Assembly (NCBI GenBank): GCA_937934655.1
Contig: CALGZB010000058.1
Span: forward strand, 6,579-70,578
Length of the DNA: 64,000 nucleotides
Direction: 5' to 3'
Origin: an uncultured Acidimicrobiales bacterium
GTDB lineage: Bacteria; Actinomycetota; Acidimicrobiia; Acidimicrobiales; SHLQ01
A program made the translations under genes and the position numbers. Within the stretch, counting starts at the first letter, position 1. Each line of letters begins with the position of its first letter. The notes beneath the pieces were generated by a model. The model worked only from the letters and a program-made list of their open reading frames with translations. It had not been told where the DNA came from and did no database searches. This document shows positions 8,955 to 17,987 of the stretch, one piece after another.

Positions 8955-9371
8955 GTGATCCCTATGGACTCCCAAAACTCTGCTTCCACCGCCTCCCCAT
9001 CTTCGCCCTCGCTCGCACAAGCCGGCCTCGCCCTCAACGCCGTCTTCTCAATCGGCACCGGCTTACTCCTAACAATTGCGCCCGGAACCGTTGGCGGCTG
9101 GCTCGGTGTCGACATCGATATCTGGCTCCGACTCCTCGGCATCGGACTTATTGGTCACGCGGCAGTCCTCTCTTGGGCAACCCAGCAATCGAGCATCATG
9201 ACGTGGACGAAGATCAACCTCCTGATGATCGCCCCCTACCCGCTAATGATGCTCGGTGTCGCTATCTTCCTGATCGACAAAGGACAGGGCATCGTCCTCG
9301 CCGACGGAGTCATCGTTGGACTCGCTGCCCTCATCCAGTTCGCCGGCCTGCGTAAAATGACGCCCGCATGA
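8955..9371 (+). CDS. Small integral membrane protein (about 4 TM), unknown function
   Basis: Hydrophobic segments include LALNAVFSIGTGLLLTIA, LLGIGLIGHAAVL, LLMIAPYPLMMLGVAIFLI and VIVGLAALIQFAGL. Its stop overlaps the TetR start. ATG 8964 is an alternative start. Confidence 0.6.
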   Translation: MIPMDSQNSASTASPSSPSLAQAGLALNAVFSIGTGLLLTIAPGTVGGWLGVDIDIWLRLLGIGLIGHAAVLSWATQQSSIMTWTKINLLMIAPYPLMMLGVAIFLIDKGQGIVLADGVIVGLAALIQFAGLRKMTPA

Positions 9372-9958
9372 CAAGTACTGCCGAACAGCTCCTGGATGCC
9401 GTCGACGACGTCATCATCGAACATGGCCCATCGGGGGTCACGCTTCGACGAGTGGGTTCGCAACTCGGCCTCTCCCATACCGCAGCAGCGCACTACTACA
9501 AAGACAAACCAGGACTCATGACGGCGTACATCGCCCGGGCCTGGGAGCGGGTAGCCGATGGCATCGACAAGGCCTCGACCATCGACGACGATAGAGACGC
9601 AATTCTCGCAGTCGGCGAGGCCTATGCGACCTTTGCCCTCGACAACCCGTCGGCGTTTGCCGTGATGAGCCGGTTGGATCAGACCAACGTCGATGCCCCC
9701 GAGCTCTGGGCCGCCAGAGAACGCGGCTTCTTTGGGCTCAGCGGCATCATCGTGAGAGCCCAGGAAAATGGCTGGGCCTCAGACCGCGACACACTGGACA
9801 TCGTTGCCACGGGTTGGAGCTTTGTGCACGGCTTCGTCGACCTCTGGGTCGGTGGACCGCTTTGGGCACCCTACGACGGCAACGAACTCGTACCGACTCT
9901 TCGTCGAGTGCTCAACGACCTCTTGGACGGCTTGGCCGAACCAGTCCGGGGTTTCTAG
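9368..9958 (+). CDS. TetR/AcrR family transcriptional regulator
   Basis: N-terminal HTH: LLDAVDDVIIEHGPSGVTLRRVGSQLGLSHTAAAHYYKDKPGL. Confidence 0.8.
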   Translation: MTSTAEQLLDAVDDVIIEHGPSGVTLRRVGSQLGLSHTAAAHYYKDKPGLMTAYIARAWERVADGIDKASTIDDDRDAILAVGEAYATFALDNPSAFAVMSRLDQTNVDAPELWAARERGFFGLSGIIVRAQENGWASDRDTLDIVATGWSFVHGFVDLWVGGPLWAPYDGNELVPTLRRVLNDLLDGLAEPVRGF

Positions 9959-10614
9959 CCCTCTGAGATATTCGTGGCAGTAGGCAGCCCAGCCAGATGG
10001 CCGGCGTCGTTGTAGCGCACCAAGGTCCAACGATCGCGATCGTCGTCGCGTTTCAGTTCGGTGATCGATGTATTCAGCGTGTGCAGATCGAAAGTTGGGC
10101 GCAGGCCCCACCCGAGAAAGCTCCGGAGCGCCACATCGACCACCCCGGCATGACAAGCAACCAGCGAGGTTTGCCCCGAATGGGCGTCGACCACGCGGTG
10201 AAGCGCTGCACCTGCCCGATGATGAAAATCGGTCAATGACTCAGCGTTTGGGGCCATGGGACGAAAGGGCTCGTCGACAAAGTCGAACATCTCAAACACG
10301 TCGCCGAACTCGGCGAAAGGGAGCCCATCGGCGTCACCAGGGCGATGTTCCTCGAGATCGGCATCGATCTGGAGTTCGAGATCGCCGATCGCCGGAAGAA
10401 TAATCTGGGCGGTCTCGATGGCCCGAGGCATCGTGCTTGCCCACACATTGTCGATCGCGACGGGAGCGTTGACGAGGCGCTGGCGGAGAGCCTCGGCCTG
10501 TTGATTGCCTAGGGTCGAGAGACCGCTACAGGTCTTTGGCCCACCAATAACCCGATCGACGGTTACTTGCGATTCGCCATGGCGAACCAAGAGAAGTCTG
10601 GTGGTTTCGGCCAT
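9955..10614 (-). CDS. Histidine phosphatase (phosphoglycerate-mutase-like) family protein
   Basis: Contains LLLVRHGESQ (RHG motif) and a later CHAGV. Start is set at ATG 10614, which overlaps the map stop (TAATG). Confidence 0.75.
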   Translation of the reverse strand: MAETTRLLLVRHGESQVTVDRVIGGPKTCSGLSTLGNQQAEALRQRLVNAPVAIDNVWASTMPRAIETAQIILPAIGDLELQIDADLEEHRPGDADGLPFAEFGDVFEMFDFVDEPFRPMAPNAESLTDFHHRAGAALHRVVDAHSGQTSLVACHAGVVDVALRSFLGWGLRPTFDLHTLNTSITELKRDDDRDRWTLVRYNDAGHLAGLPTATNISEG

Positions 10615-11546
10615 TAGCGGTACATGTCGTGGGCACAATCGCCCGCAGGCGTCACGGTCATCACATCGACGCCGTCCTCGGCCATGATCATGGTGTGCTC
10701 AAACTGAGCGGTACGGCGGCCATCGACGGTAAGCGCAGTCCAGTCGTCGTCCCACATGTACATATCGGGGGCGCCAAGGGTGAGCATTGGCTCGATCGTG
10801 AAGCTCATACCCAACTCGATACGGGTGCTGGCTCGCCGGTCGTAGTAGTGCGGGATCTGCAATCCGCCGTGGAAGTCGGTGCCGACGCCGTGACCAATGA
10901 ACTCGCGAACCACACCGAGGTCGTGGATCTTTGCGTGCGACTCGATTGCTCGCCCGATTGAGCTAACCGGCGAACCGGGTCGCAGCGCATCCATTCCGGC
11001 GTAGAGCGCGTGACGGGTTTCGGTCACCAACGTTTGCGAGAACGCATCGGTCTCGCCAGCGATAAACGTGGTGGAGGTATCGCCGTGCACGCCTTCGCAG
11101 AACACGGTGACATCGACGTTGATGATGTCGCCCTCGGCCAACGGCCGACTATCGGGGATGCCGTGGCAAATCACTTCGTTGATCGACGTACAGACCGACT
11201 TGGGGAATCCGCGGTAGTTCAGCGGGCTTGGGTAGCAGTTGCGCTTGAGCGCCTCTTCGTGGGTAATGCGATCGAGTTCGTCGGTGGTGACACCAGGAGC
11301 CACATGGCTACCCACGATCATCAGAATCTCAGCCGCCTTGGCGCCGGTCCTGCGCATGCGAGCGATCTCATCGTCGGTCCGCACAAGCGGCGACCGCGAT
11401 GGGCCGGGCTCGCCGGTCTTGGCGTACGGCGGGAGTTCTACGGAAGCCGGCACCGAACGTCGGAGCGACTGGACGCCCGGAAGAATCGGCGGATCGGACG
11501 GAGGTGCAAGGGTGGCGGTTCCGCCACGACGCTTTCTTTTTGCCAC
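10614..11546 (-). CDS. map: Type I methionine aminopeptidase with Pro-rich N-terminal extension
   Basis: Contains CHGIPDSRPLAEGDIINVDVT, HGDTS, FIGHGVG and the FTIEP/EHT metal-ligand context. Confidence 0.9.
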   Translation of the reverse strand: MAKRKRRGGTATLAPPSDPPILPGVQSLRRSVPASVELPPYAKTGEPGPSRSPLVRTDDEIARMRRTGAKAAEILMIVGSHVAPGVTTDELDRITHEEALKRNCYPSPLNYRGFPKSVCTSINEVICHGIPDSRPLAEGDIINVDVTVFCEGVHGDTSTTFIAGETDAFSQTLVTETRHALYAGMDALRPGSPVSSIGRAIESHAKIHDLGVVREFIGHGVGTDFHGGLQIPHYYDRRASTRIELGMSFTIEPMLTLGAPDMYMWDDDWTALTVDGRRTAQFEHTMIMAEDGVDVMTVTPAGDCAHDMYR

Positions 11547-11604
11547 GGCACCATCGTACCGCCCCTACCCCTCACCTGCCCTGCCAAGGGCCTGCAAGCT
11601 AGCG

Positions 11605-12060
11605 CTAGTCGAGGAAGCGCGAGACTGTCTCGACGATCGCAGCGGGCTTCGGAGCTCCCTCGATCTCGATCACAACCGTTACGACGGCCTGCACACCGCC
11701 GGCGACTTCGGTTACTTCGCTGACGGTTCCGGTGGCCCTGATCTGGGAGTCAACCGGCACTGGCGAGGGGAATCGCACCTTGTTGACGCCGTAGTTGATG
11801 CCCATTGAGATGTTCTGGACCTCGAGGAGCTGCGGCAAGAAGTGATTGACCAGCGACATCGTGAGATACCCATGAGCGATGGTCGTACCGAACGGTCCAT
11901 CCGCTGCGGCCGCCGGATCGACGTGGATCCATTGGTGATCGAGAGTCGCGTCAGCGAACGCATCGATCCGACCTTGATCGATGGTGAACCACTCCGTCGG
12001 GCCAAGCGTGGCCCCTTCTGCCTCATTGAGCGCTGCCGTACCGTTGAACGTTTCTGCCAT
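11605..12060 (-). CDS. MaoC-like (R)-hydratase/dehydratase family protein
   Basis: Contains FADATLDHQWIHVDPAAAADGPFGTTIAHGYLTMSL (hot-dog fold hydratase motif). Confidence 0.8.
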   Translation of the reverse strand: MAETFNGTAALNEAEGATLGPTEWFTIDQGRIDAFADATLDHQWIHVDPAAAADGPFGTTIAHGYLTMSLVNHFLPQLLEVQNISMGINYGVNKVRFPSPVPVDSQIRATGTVSEVTEVAGGVQAVVTVVIEIEGAPKPAAIVETVSRFLD

Positions 12061-12083
12061 GGCGTCACAGTAGCCTTAGCCGC

Positions 12084-12758
12084 ATGCGTCTTGAAGTTAG
12101 CGATGTCGGTGAAGGACCGCTCGTCATCTGTCTGCACGGAATGGGACATAGTTCTGCCATTTGGGCCGATGTTGCGACCCGACTTTCTGTTGCCTACCGG
12201 GTCGTCTGCCCCGACCTCCTCGGACATGGCGCATCCCCCACTCCCCCGGATCCCGCCGCCTACCGCCGCGAACGATCCCTCGAGGACATCGACGAGCTCA
12301 TCGCCGAACATCGACAGGTCGGCGAAACCCCGTTCCTCATCGGGCACGGATTCGGCGGCTACCTTGCGCTCAGCTATGTGATCGAACGCGCAGACTCGGT
12401 TCGCGGACTCGGGCTTCTTGGCGCCACCGCCGGATTTGAAAACTTGGTGGCGCAGGTGCAATGGAACGACGCCACGCTCAACAACGCCGACGACTTGGGA
12501 ATCGCCCCTGTCGCCTGCAACCTCGGCCTGATTCCCGACACGATAGTGATCGACCGACTCGAGGAAATCGACGTGCCAACACTGATCATGATCGGTGAAG
12601 ATGATGCTGCCTTCAACGGCGCATCGCTCATTCTGGAGGCTCGCATCGCCGAAAACACGTTGGCGGTGGTGGAGGGGGCCCGGCACAACGCGCACCAGAC
12701 CCATCCTGACGAAGTTGCTCGCCAGCTCCACCCCTTTCTTCGCGAAACCCTGCTCTAA
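12084..12758 (+). CDS. Alpha/beta-hydrolase fold protein with the nucleophile serine replaced by glycine
   Basis: VICLHGMGHSS is the oxyanion region. The elbow reads FLIGHGFGGYLAL (G-H-G-F-G instead of G-x-S-x-G). The distal GEDD and GARHNAH are retained. Confidence 0.7.
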   Translation: MRLEVSDVGEGPLVICLHGMGHSSAIWADVATRLSVAYRVVCPDLLGHGASPTPPDPAAYRRERSLEDIDELIAEHRQVGETPFLIGHGFGGYLALSYVIERADSVRGLGLLGATAGFENLVAQVQWNDATLNNADDLGIAPVACNLGLIPDTIVIDRLEEIDVPTLIMIGEDDAAFNGASLILEARIAENTLAVVEGARHNAHQTHPDEVARQLHPFLRETLL

Positions 12759-12761
12759 GGG

Positions 12762-13394
12762 TTACTTCCCACCGCCGAGAACACTGCCAAGGATTGACCC
12801 GAGGCCACTGGTGTTGCCACCAAGCAAGCCACCAATCTCGCCCATGATGTTTCCGTCGCCATCGGCGTCGAGCAGGCCGAGCAGGCCGCCGAGCTCTGGT
12901 TCTTTCTCAACAACGACTGACTTTTCCTGAGCGAGCGACTGCGACACGGCGCCCTGGTCAAGTGAGTTCTCGTTGCGCATCTTGCCGATGAAGCCCATGA
13001 CGATTGGCGCCAGGATAGGCAGCAAACGCATCACGGTTGCGATATCGAGGCCGCTCTTTTGTGACACGGCGGTCGCAACGTTGTCGTTTCGACCCCCGAA
13101 GATGTGACCGAGGATCTTCGCACCGTCGGCGAGACCGCCTCCACTGCCGCCGCCGCCGAGGAGACCGGCGAGGTCGCCGAGCACGGAACCATCATGGCCA
13201 TCGAGTGCACCGAACAGCGCTGAGGCTCCTTGCGGCGACTGTGCGTTGTTCGCAAGACCACCGAGGAGCAAAGGAAGGGCTGCTGCGATGCCTCGTTGTG
13301 TCGCGCTCTGATCGCCGCCGATGGCGTTTGAGATCGAGGTCAGCTCGTTGCCAGTGCCAACCATTCCGAGCAGTTGTTCAAAAATTCCAGACAT
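12762..13394 (-). CDS. Gly/Leu-rich DUF937-like protein
   Basis: Begins MSGIFEQLLGMVG..., with ALPLLLGGLANN and repeated GGLLG segments. Start is set at the internal ATG 13394. The family call is tentative. Confidence 0.5.
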   Translation of the reverse strand: MSGIFEQLLGMVGTGNELTSISNAIGGDQSATQRGIAAALPLLLGGLANNAQSPQGASALFGALDGHDGSVLGDLAGLLGGGGSGGGLADGAKILGHIFGGRNDNVATAVSQKSGLDIATVMRLLPILAPIVMGFIGKMRNENSLDQGAVSQSLAQEKSVVVEKEPELGGLLGLLDADGDGNIMGEIGGLLGGNTSGLGSILGSVLGGGK

Positions 13395-13510
13395 ATGGGG
13401 GTCTCCTAGGAGATGGGGGTGCATTCCCACTTTGAGAAGCGATGCGATCGTACTGCATTTGGGCAGGTCGCCGCCCGAAACCCTATGGGCGATACGGCTA
13501 CGCTGCCTCC

Positions 13511-14152
13511 ATGTCCCCGGTCGTCCCTCGCCTCGGCGCGCTCATCGTCGCCATTCTGGTGCTGACGTCATGTGCGACACTGCGACCCGAACCCCCGCTC
13601 CAGGTCACCATGATCGCCCCCGGCGAGCCAGTTCTCGCCATCGTCGACAACTGCCCGGCGCTGCGGGAAGTTTCGCTGCGCGACGCCGATGGTGTGGTTT
13701 GGGGAGTCCTCCGTCGCAGCGCGTCACCCAACGCGGCTCAAATCGAGATGCGGATCGGCGGCACCCCGAATGGCTGGGATGCCATCACGCCGCTCGCAAC
13801 GCCGATGCTTCCGTCGACCAGCTATACCCTTCGCACCAGCCCCGGCGGTAACGAGCTGACCTTTCAGATCGATCAGCTCGAGATCGGCCAAGCGTTCAGC
13901 GCAGACGGCAACCGAACGCTTGAACGAGCCGAAGCATCGGAGGGGTGCAACGCCGACGTGGCGTGGGGCAATCTCTGGCGCCAGGGGGCCGTGTTCTTCA
14001 TCCTTGGGCTGCTCGCCCTTCTCCTAGTCGGCACCGTGCTCGCAAAGCTGTTGAGCGTCTTTGTTCCGACTCGCACCGACGCGTATTTCGAAGAGGAGAC
14101 CGAGTACGGCGAGTGGGAAGAAGAACCCTGGCAAGAGGAGCCTTGGGAATAG
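13511..14152 (+). CDS. Putative lipoprotein with a C-terminal TM helix and an acidic Trp-rich tail
   Basis: Signal/lipobox: MSPVVPRLGALIVAILVLTSCAT. C-terminal helix: VFFILGLLALLLVGTVLAKLL. Tail: EEETEYGEWEEEPWQEEPWE. Confidence 0.6.
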   Translation: MSPVVPRLGALIVAILVLTSCATLRPEPPLQVTMIAPGEPVLAIVDNCPALREVSLRDADGVVWGVLRRSASPNAAQIEMRIGGTPNGWDAITPLATPMLPSTSYTLRTSPGGNELTFQIDQLEIGQAFSADGNRTLERAEASEGCNADVAWGNLWRQGAVFFILGLLALLLVGTVLAKLLSVFVPTRTDAYFEEETEYGEWEEEPWQEEPWE

Positions 14153-14189
14153 CACTCTGTCAAGAGGAGCCTTGGGAATAGCGCTCTGG
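14132..14189. repeat. Two tandem copies of a 29-bp unit spanning the lipoprotein stop codon
   Basis: caagaggagccttgggaatagcactctgt and caagaggagccttgggaatagcgctctgg are identical at 27 of 29 positions. Confidence 0.8.
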
Positions 14190-14244
14190 GAGTAACTCCG
14201 GCCTGAGCACACGCTCCCAAATCGATGCTGATATCATCAGCCGC

Positions 14245-14341
14245 ACAAACCATCCGGGGAGCCCAAGAGCAGTTGGGCTGAGAGGACGAGCACGCTCGTC
14301 GACCCGCACACCTGAACTGGGTAATGCCAGCGGAGGAAGCC
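14245..14341 (+). promoter_or_regulatory. TPP (THI-box) riboswitch
   Basis: The core elements appear in order: GGGGAGCC...GGGCTGAGAG...ACCC...ACCTGAACTGGGTAATGCCAGCGGAGGAAG. It lies immediately 5' of a thiamine-type ABC binding protein, and the SD GGAGGAAG lies in the 3' part of the element. Confidence 0.85.
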
Positions 14342-15376
14342 ATGACCATCCTTTCAACCCTCTCTCGACCTTTTGCGATCCTCGTGATCGCCCTTGCGGT
14401 CTTCGCAAGTGCGTGCGGATCAGATGAGGCGTCGAGCATCACGCTGATCACTCATGATTCGTTCGCGATTTCGCCCGAAACGCTCGAAGCGTTCACCGCC
14501 GAAACCGGCATCGTCGTGGAACAACTGGCGTCGGGCGACGCTGGCCAGATGGTGAGCGAAGCCATCCTCACCGCGGGGAACCCCATTGGTGATGTCATGT
14601 TCGGCATCGACAACACATTCCTCCAACGGGGCCTCGACGCCGGTATCTTCACCTCCTACGAGTCGCCGAACCTCGTGAACGTTCCTGACGAGTTTCAACT
14701 CGACCCGACGCATCAGGTCACCCCGGTCGACTACGGCGACGTCTGTGCCAACTACTGGATCTCGGAGCTCGACGGCCCGGCTCCCACCAGCCTCGACGAC
14801 CTGATCGACCCGGCGTATAGCGGCCAATTCGTCACGCCGAACCCCGAAACCTCTTCCCCGGGCCTAGCGTTCCTTCTCGCAACCATCGCCAAGTACGGCG
14901 ACGGCTGGGAGGACTACTGGACATCGCTACGCACAAACGACGTGGCCATTACCGCCGGCTGGGACGACGCGTACTACGGCGAGTTCATCGCCGGCGGCGG
15001 CACACGCCCGATCGTGACGTCCTATGCGTCGAGCCCACCCGCCGAGGTGCTGTTTGCCGATCCGCCCGTCGATACGGCGCCAACTGGCGTGCTCCTCGAC
15101 AGCTGCTTCCGCCAAATCGAGTTTGCCGGGGTACTCGACGGAAGCGAGAACACCGACGAGGCGCAGCAACTTATCGACTTTATGCTCACCCCGACCTTCC
15201 AAGAAGACGTCCCGCTCAACATGTTTGTCTTCCCGGTTCATGAGGGAGCGCAACTCCCGCCCGAATTCGTCGAGCACGCCCAAATCGCCGAGAACCCACT
15301 CACTATCGACCCGGCCACCATCGAAGCCAACCGCAACGCATGGACCGAGCGGTGGGTAGAACTCGTCCTGCGTTGA
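14342..15376 (+). CDS. thiB: Thiamine ABC transporter substrate-binding protein (ThiB/TbpA-like)
   Basis: Signal/lipobox-like N-terminus MTILSTLSRPFAILVIALAVFASACGS. Periplasmic-binding-protein length and layout. Preceded by the TPP riboswitch. Confidence 0.75.
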   Translation: MTILSTLSRPFAILVIALAVFASACGSDEASSITLITHDSFAISPETLEAFTAETGIVVEQLASGDAGQMVSEAILTAGNPIGDVMFGIDNTFLQRGLDAGIFTSYESPNLVNVPDEFQLDPTHQVTPVDYGDVCANYWISELDGPAPTSLDDLIDPAYSGQFVTPNPETSSPGLAFLLATIAKYGDGWEDYWTSLRTNDVAITAGWDDAYYGEFIAGGGTRPIVTSYASSPPAEVLFADPPVDTAPTGVLLDSCFRQIEFAGVLDGSENTDEAQQLIDFMLTPTFQEDVPLNMFVFPVHEGAQLPPEFVEHAQIAENPLTIDPATIEANRNAWTERWVELVLR

Positions 15377-16989
15377 TCTCGCATCGTCTCCTTCGTGGGA
15401 CGGCACTCGCCATACCAATCGCGTTTGGCGCAATCTTTTTTGCCCTGCCAGTTGGGTCAATACTGCTCCGCGGTCTTCGCTCGGCAACGGGCGACCGAGT
15501 TCAGGAGGTTCTCACTGGCAGTTCATTTGCCGGGATCGTGTGGTTTTCTGTTTGGCAGGCGGTTGCGTCCACCATTTTGACCATCATCGTCGCGCTTCCC
15601 GCGGCCTACGTTCTGGCCCGCTACGACGTGGTTGGTCGAAGGGTCGTACGAGCGCTATTGGTGGTGCCCTTTGTTCTGCCTACCGTCGTTGTGGCCGGAG
15701 CGTTTGAGGCAGTGTTTACCCGTTTTGGGCTCGACGACGGCGCCGTTGTTCTCCGCCACACCCCCTGGGCGATCCTCCTTGCTCATGTCTTCTTCAACTA
15801 CGCCGTGGTCGTGCGCATCGTGGGTACCTTTTGGGATCAGCTCGACCCAAGGCCCGAAGAAGCCGCCCGTGTCCTCGGCGCTTCGGCGCTCCAGACCGCA
15901 GTGCAGGTAACCCTCCCGCGACTTCGACCTGCGCTGGGCTCGGCAGCAGCGATCGTCTTCTTGTTTTCGTTTACCTCGTTTGGCGTCATCCTTCTGCTGG
16001 GCGGACCCGGCCTAGCGACCGTCGAAACCGAGATTTGGCGCTATGCCGTGAACCGCACCGAGTTCGACGTCGCCGCCGCATTAGCGCTCCTTCAGCTCCT
16101 GGCCGTGGTACTGCTTGTGATCCTCACCACCCGCACCGAAAAGACCCGCAGCGTCGATGCCGCAACCGTGGCTGGCCGAGGGCTCCGGAAACCCCAGGGC
16201 CGTCAATGGGCGCTCATCGCCTTCGTCGCCGCCAGCGCAGCCGTTCTGTTAGGCATCCCGATCCTGACGTTGATCGAACGGTCACTGGCCACCGGCGACG
16301 GCTACGGACTCGCCAACTACACGGCGCTCACCGAGCAAGTAAACCTCCTCCCCGCCTCGGCCGCGAAGGCCCTCGCCAACTCGCTTCTGTATGCGGCAAT
16401 CGCGGCAGGAATCGCCGTCGTCATCGGTGGCCTCGCAGCTCTTTCGACCGGCGGAACCAATCGACTCGGCTCGATCCTCGATGTTGGCCTCACGCTGCCC
16501 CTCGGAACCTCGGCCGTCACCCTGGGACTCGGGATTCTCATCAGCCTCGATACTCCACCTTTGGACTTTCGAACTCGGTGGTGGATCGTGCCTGTCGCCC
16601 ACGCGATGATCGGAATTCCCTTCGTGCTGCGGGGTGTTGTGCCAGCGGTGCGAGGCATCGGTCCACAGCTGCGCGAGGCGGCAGCAACACTCGGTGCGTC
16701 ACCAACGAAGGTCATCCGCGAAGTCGACCTCCCGCTCGTGGCTCGCGCTTTGGTGGTAGGTGCGGCGTTTGCGTTTGCGGTGTCACTTGGCGAGTTCGGC
16801 GCGACATCGTTTGTGCCCCGAAGGCCCGAGACCATTACTGCCCCCATCGCCATCTTTCGGCTTCTCGGCCAACCTGGTGATGTCATTCGCGGGCAGGCCA
16901 TGGCCCTTAGTGTGATCCTTATGGTGATCACCGGGCTCTCCGCCCTCCTCATCGAGCGGTTCTCAGGCACCTCGCGGGGACTGCTGTGA
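15340..16989 (+). CDS. thiP: Thiamine/iron-type ABC transporter permease with duplicated transmembrane domain (ThiP-like)
   Basis: About 12 hydrophobic helices in two repeated halves. In-frame TTG 15373 is an alternative start overlapping the thiB stop. Confidence 0.75.
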   Translation: MDRAVGRTRPALISHRLLRGTALAIPIAFGAIFFALPVGSILLRGLRSATGDRVQEVLTGSSFAGIVWFSVWQAVASTILTIIVALPAAYVLARYDVVGRRVVRALLVVPFVLPTVVVAGAFEAVFTRFGLDDGAVVLRHTPWAILLAHVFFNYAVVVRIVGTFWDQLDPRPEEAARVLGASALQTAVQVTLPRLRPALGSAAAIVFLFSFTSFGVILLLGGPGLATVETEIWRYAVNRTEFDVAAALALLQLLAVVLLVILTTRTEKTRSVDAATVAGRGLRKPQGRQWALIAFVAASAAVLLGIPILTLIERSLATGDGYGLANYTALTEQVNLLPASAAKALANSLLYAAIAAGIAVVIGGLAALSTGGTNRLGSILDVGLTLPLGTSAVTLGLGILISLDTPPLDFRTRWWIVPVAHAMIGIPFVLRGVVPAVRGIGPQLREAAATLGASPTKVIREVDLPLVARALVVGAAFAFAVSLGEFGATSFVPRRPETITAPIAIFRLLGQPGDVIRGQAMALSVILMVITGLSALLIERFSGTSRGLL

Positions 16990-17963
16990 CCGGACTCGCG
17001 ATCGACAACGTGACGGTTACCTTTGGGGCAACCGTGGCGGTCGACGATGTGTCACTGCGAGTCGCTCCTGGTGAGATCGTTGCTCTGCTCGGCCCAAGCG
17101 GCTGCGGAAAGAGCACGCTTCTTCGGGTGATCGCAGGTCTCGAGCAACCCGCATCCGGCACGGTCGAATGGGACGGCGTCGACATCGGGGCACGGCCGCC
17201 GGAGGATCGAGGCTTTGGTTTGATGTTCCAAGATCATGCGCTCTTCCCCCATCGCAATGTGGCCGACAACGTCGCCTTCGGGCTCAAGATGCAAGGCAAG
17301 GGCCGCGCCGAACGCGAAGCTCGAGTAGCCCAGATACTCGAACTGGTCGACCTCGCTGGCTTTGGGAGCCGTCAGGTCGATTCGCTGTCGGGAGGTGAAG
17401 CGCAACGGGTTGCGCTTGCCCGAGCGCTTGCACCGTCGCCGCAACTCCTCATGCTCGATGAGCCGCTCGGCTCACTCGACCGCTCGCTCCGAGACCGCCT
17501 CGCCATCGACATTCGGGCCGTACTGAACGAGCTTGGCCAATCGGCAGTTCACGTCACCCACGACCAGGACGAGGCGTTCACGGTGGCCGACACCGTGGTG
17601 CTGATGCGAGACGGGAGCGTCCTGCGCCACGGAAGTCCCCAAGAGCTCTGGAACGATCCGCAAACCGCCTTTGCGGCCGACTTTCTCGGCCATCCGAACA
17701 TCTTCGACGACGGCGCCGAGCTAGGAGGTCCGGCTGGACCAGCCGTCTTGCGAACCGAAGCGATCACATTCGTTGCTCCTGAAACAGCCGACTCCGTGAC
17801 CGGCCATGTCTCGGCTGTCTGGTTTCGAGGCGATCACTTCCGAGTCCAGATCACGCTCGCCGGAGGCCAACAAGTGCTGGCTCTCTCGCCAGCGGCCGCC
17901 ACAACTGGCGACCAGGTGCACATCCGTATCCGGCCAGATGGATTCTCTCACCTGTCGGACTAG
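16986..17963 (+). CDS. thiQ: ABC transporter ATP-binding protein (ThiQ/FbpC-like)
   Basis: Walker A GPSGCGKST, signature LSGGEAQRVALARAL and Walker B LLMLDEP. The start overlaps the permease stop. Confidence 0.8.
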   Translation: MTGLAIDNVTVTFGATVAVDDVSLRVAPGEIVALLGPSGCGKSTLLRVIAGLEQPASGTVEWDGVDIGARPPEDRGFGLMFQDHALFPHRNVADNVAFGLKMQGKGRAEREARVAQILELVDLAGFGSRQVDSLSGGEAQRVALARALAPSPQLLMLDEPLGSLDRSLRDRLAIDIRAVLNELGQSAVHVTHDQDEAFTVADTVVLMRDGSVLRHGSPQELWNDPQTAFAADFLGHPNIFDDGAELGGPAGPAVLRTEAITFVAPETADSVTGHVSAVWFRGDHFRVQITLAGGQQVLALSPAAATTGDQVHIRIRPDGFSHLSD

Positions 17964-17987
17964 AACCCTTTCGGTGTTCTCTCTGCG

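Noticed and set aside
9955-9958. Convergent genes sharing a CTAG so that their stop codons overlap (also 31563-31566).
   Set aside because: This is a real feature, but it is a common by-product of compact genomes. There is no evidence of functional significance.
11712-12731. A 339-aa minus-strand ORF overlapping the MaoC and alpha/beta-hydrolase genes.
   Set aside because: It spans two well-supported genes on different strands and has no recognisable domain. It is a shadow ORF.
15831-16880. A 349-aa alternative-frame ORF inside thiP, and similar Arg/Pro-rich ORFs (for example 37378-38277 and 39303-40349).
   Set aside because: Their extreme Arg/Pro/Ser content is typical of off-frame translation of GC-rich coding DNA. 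The overlapping frames have real membrane-protein or enzyme signatures.
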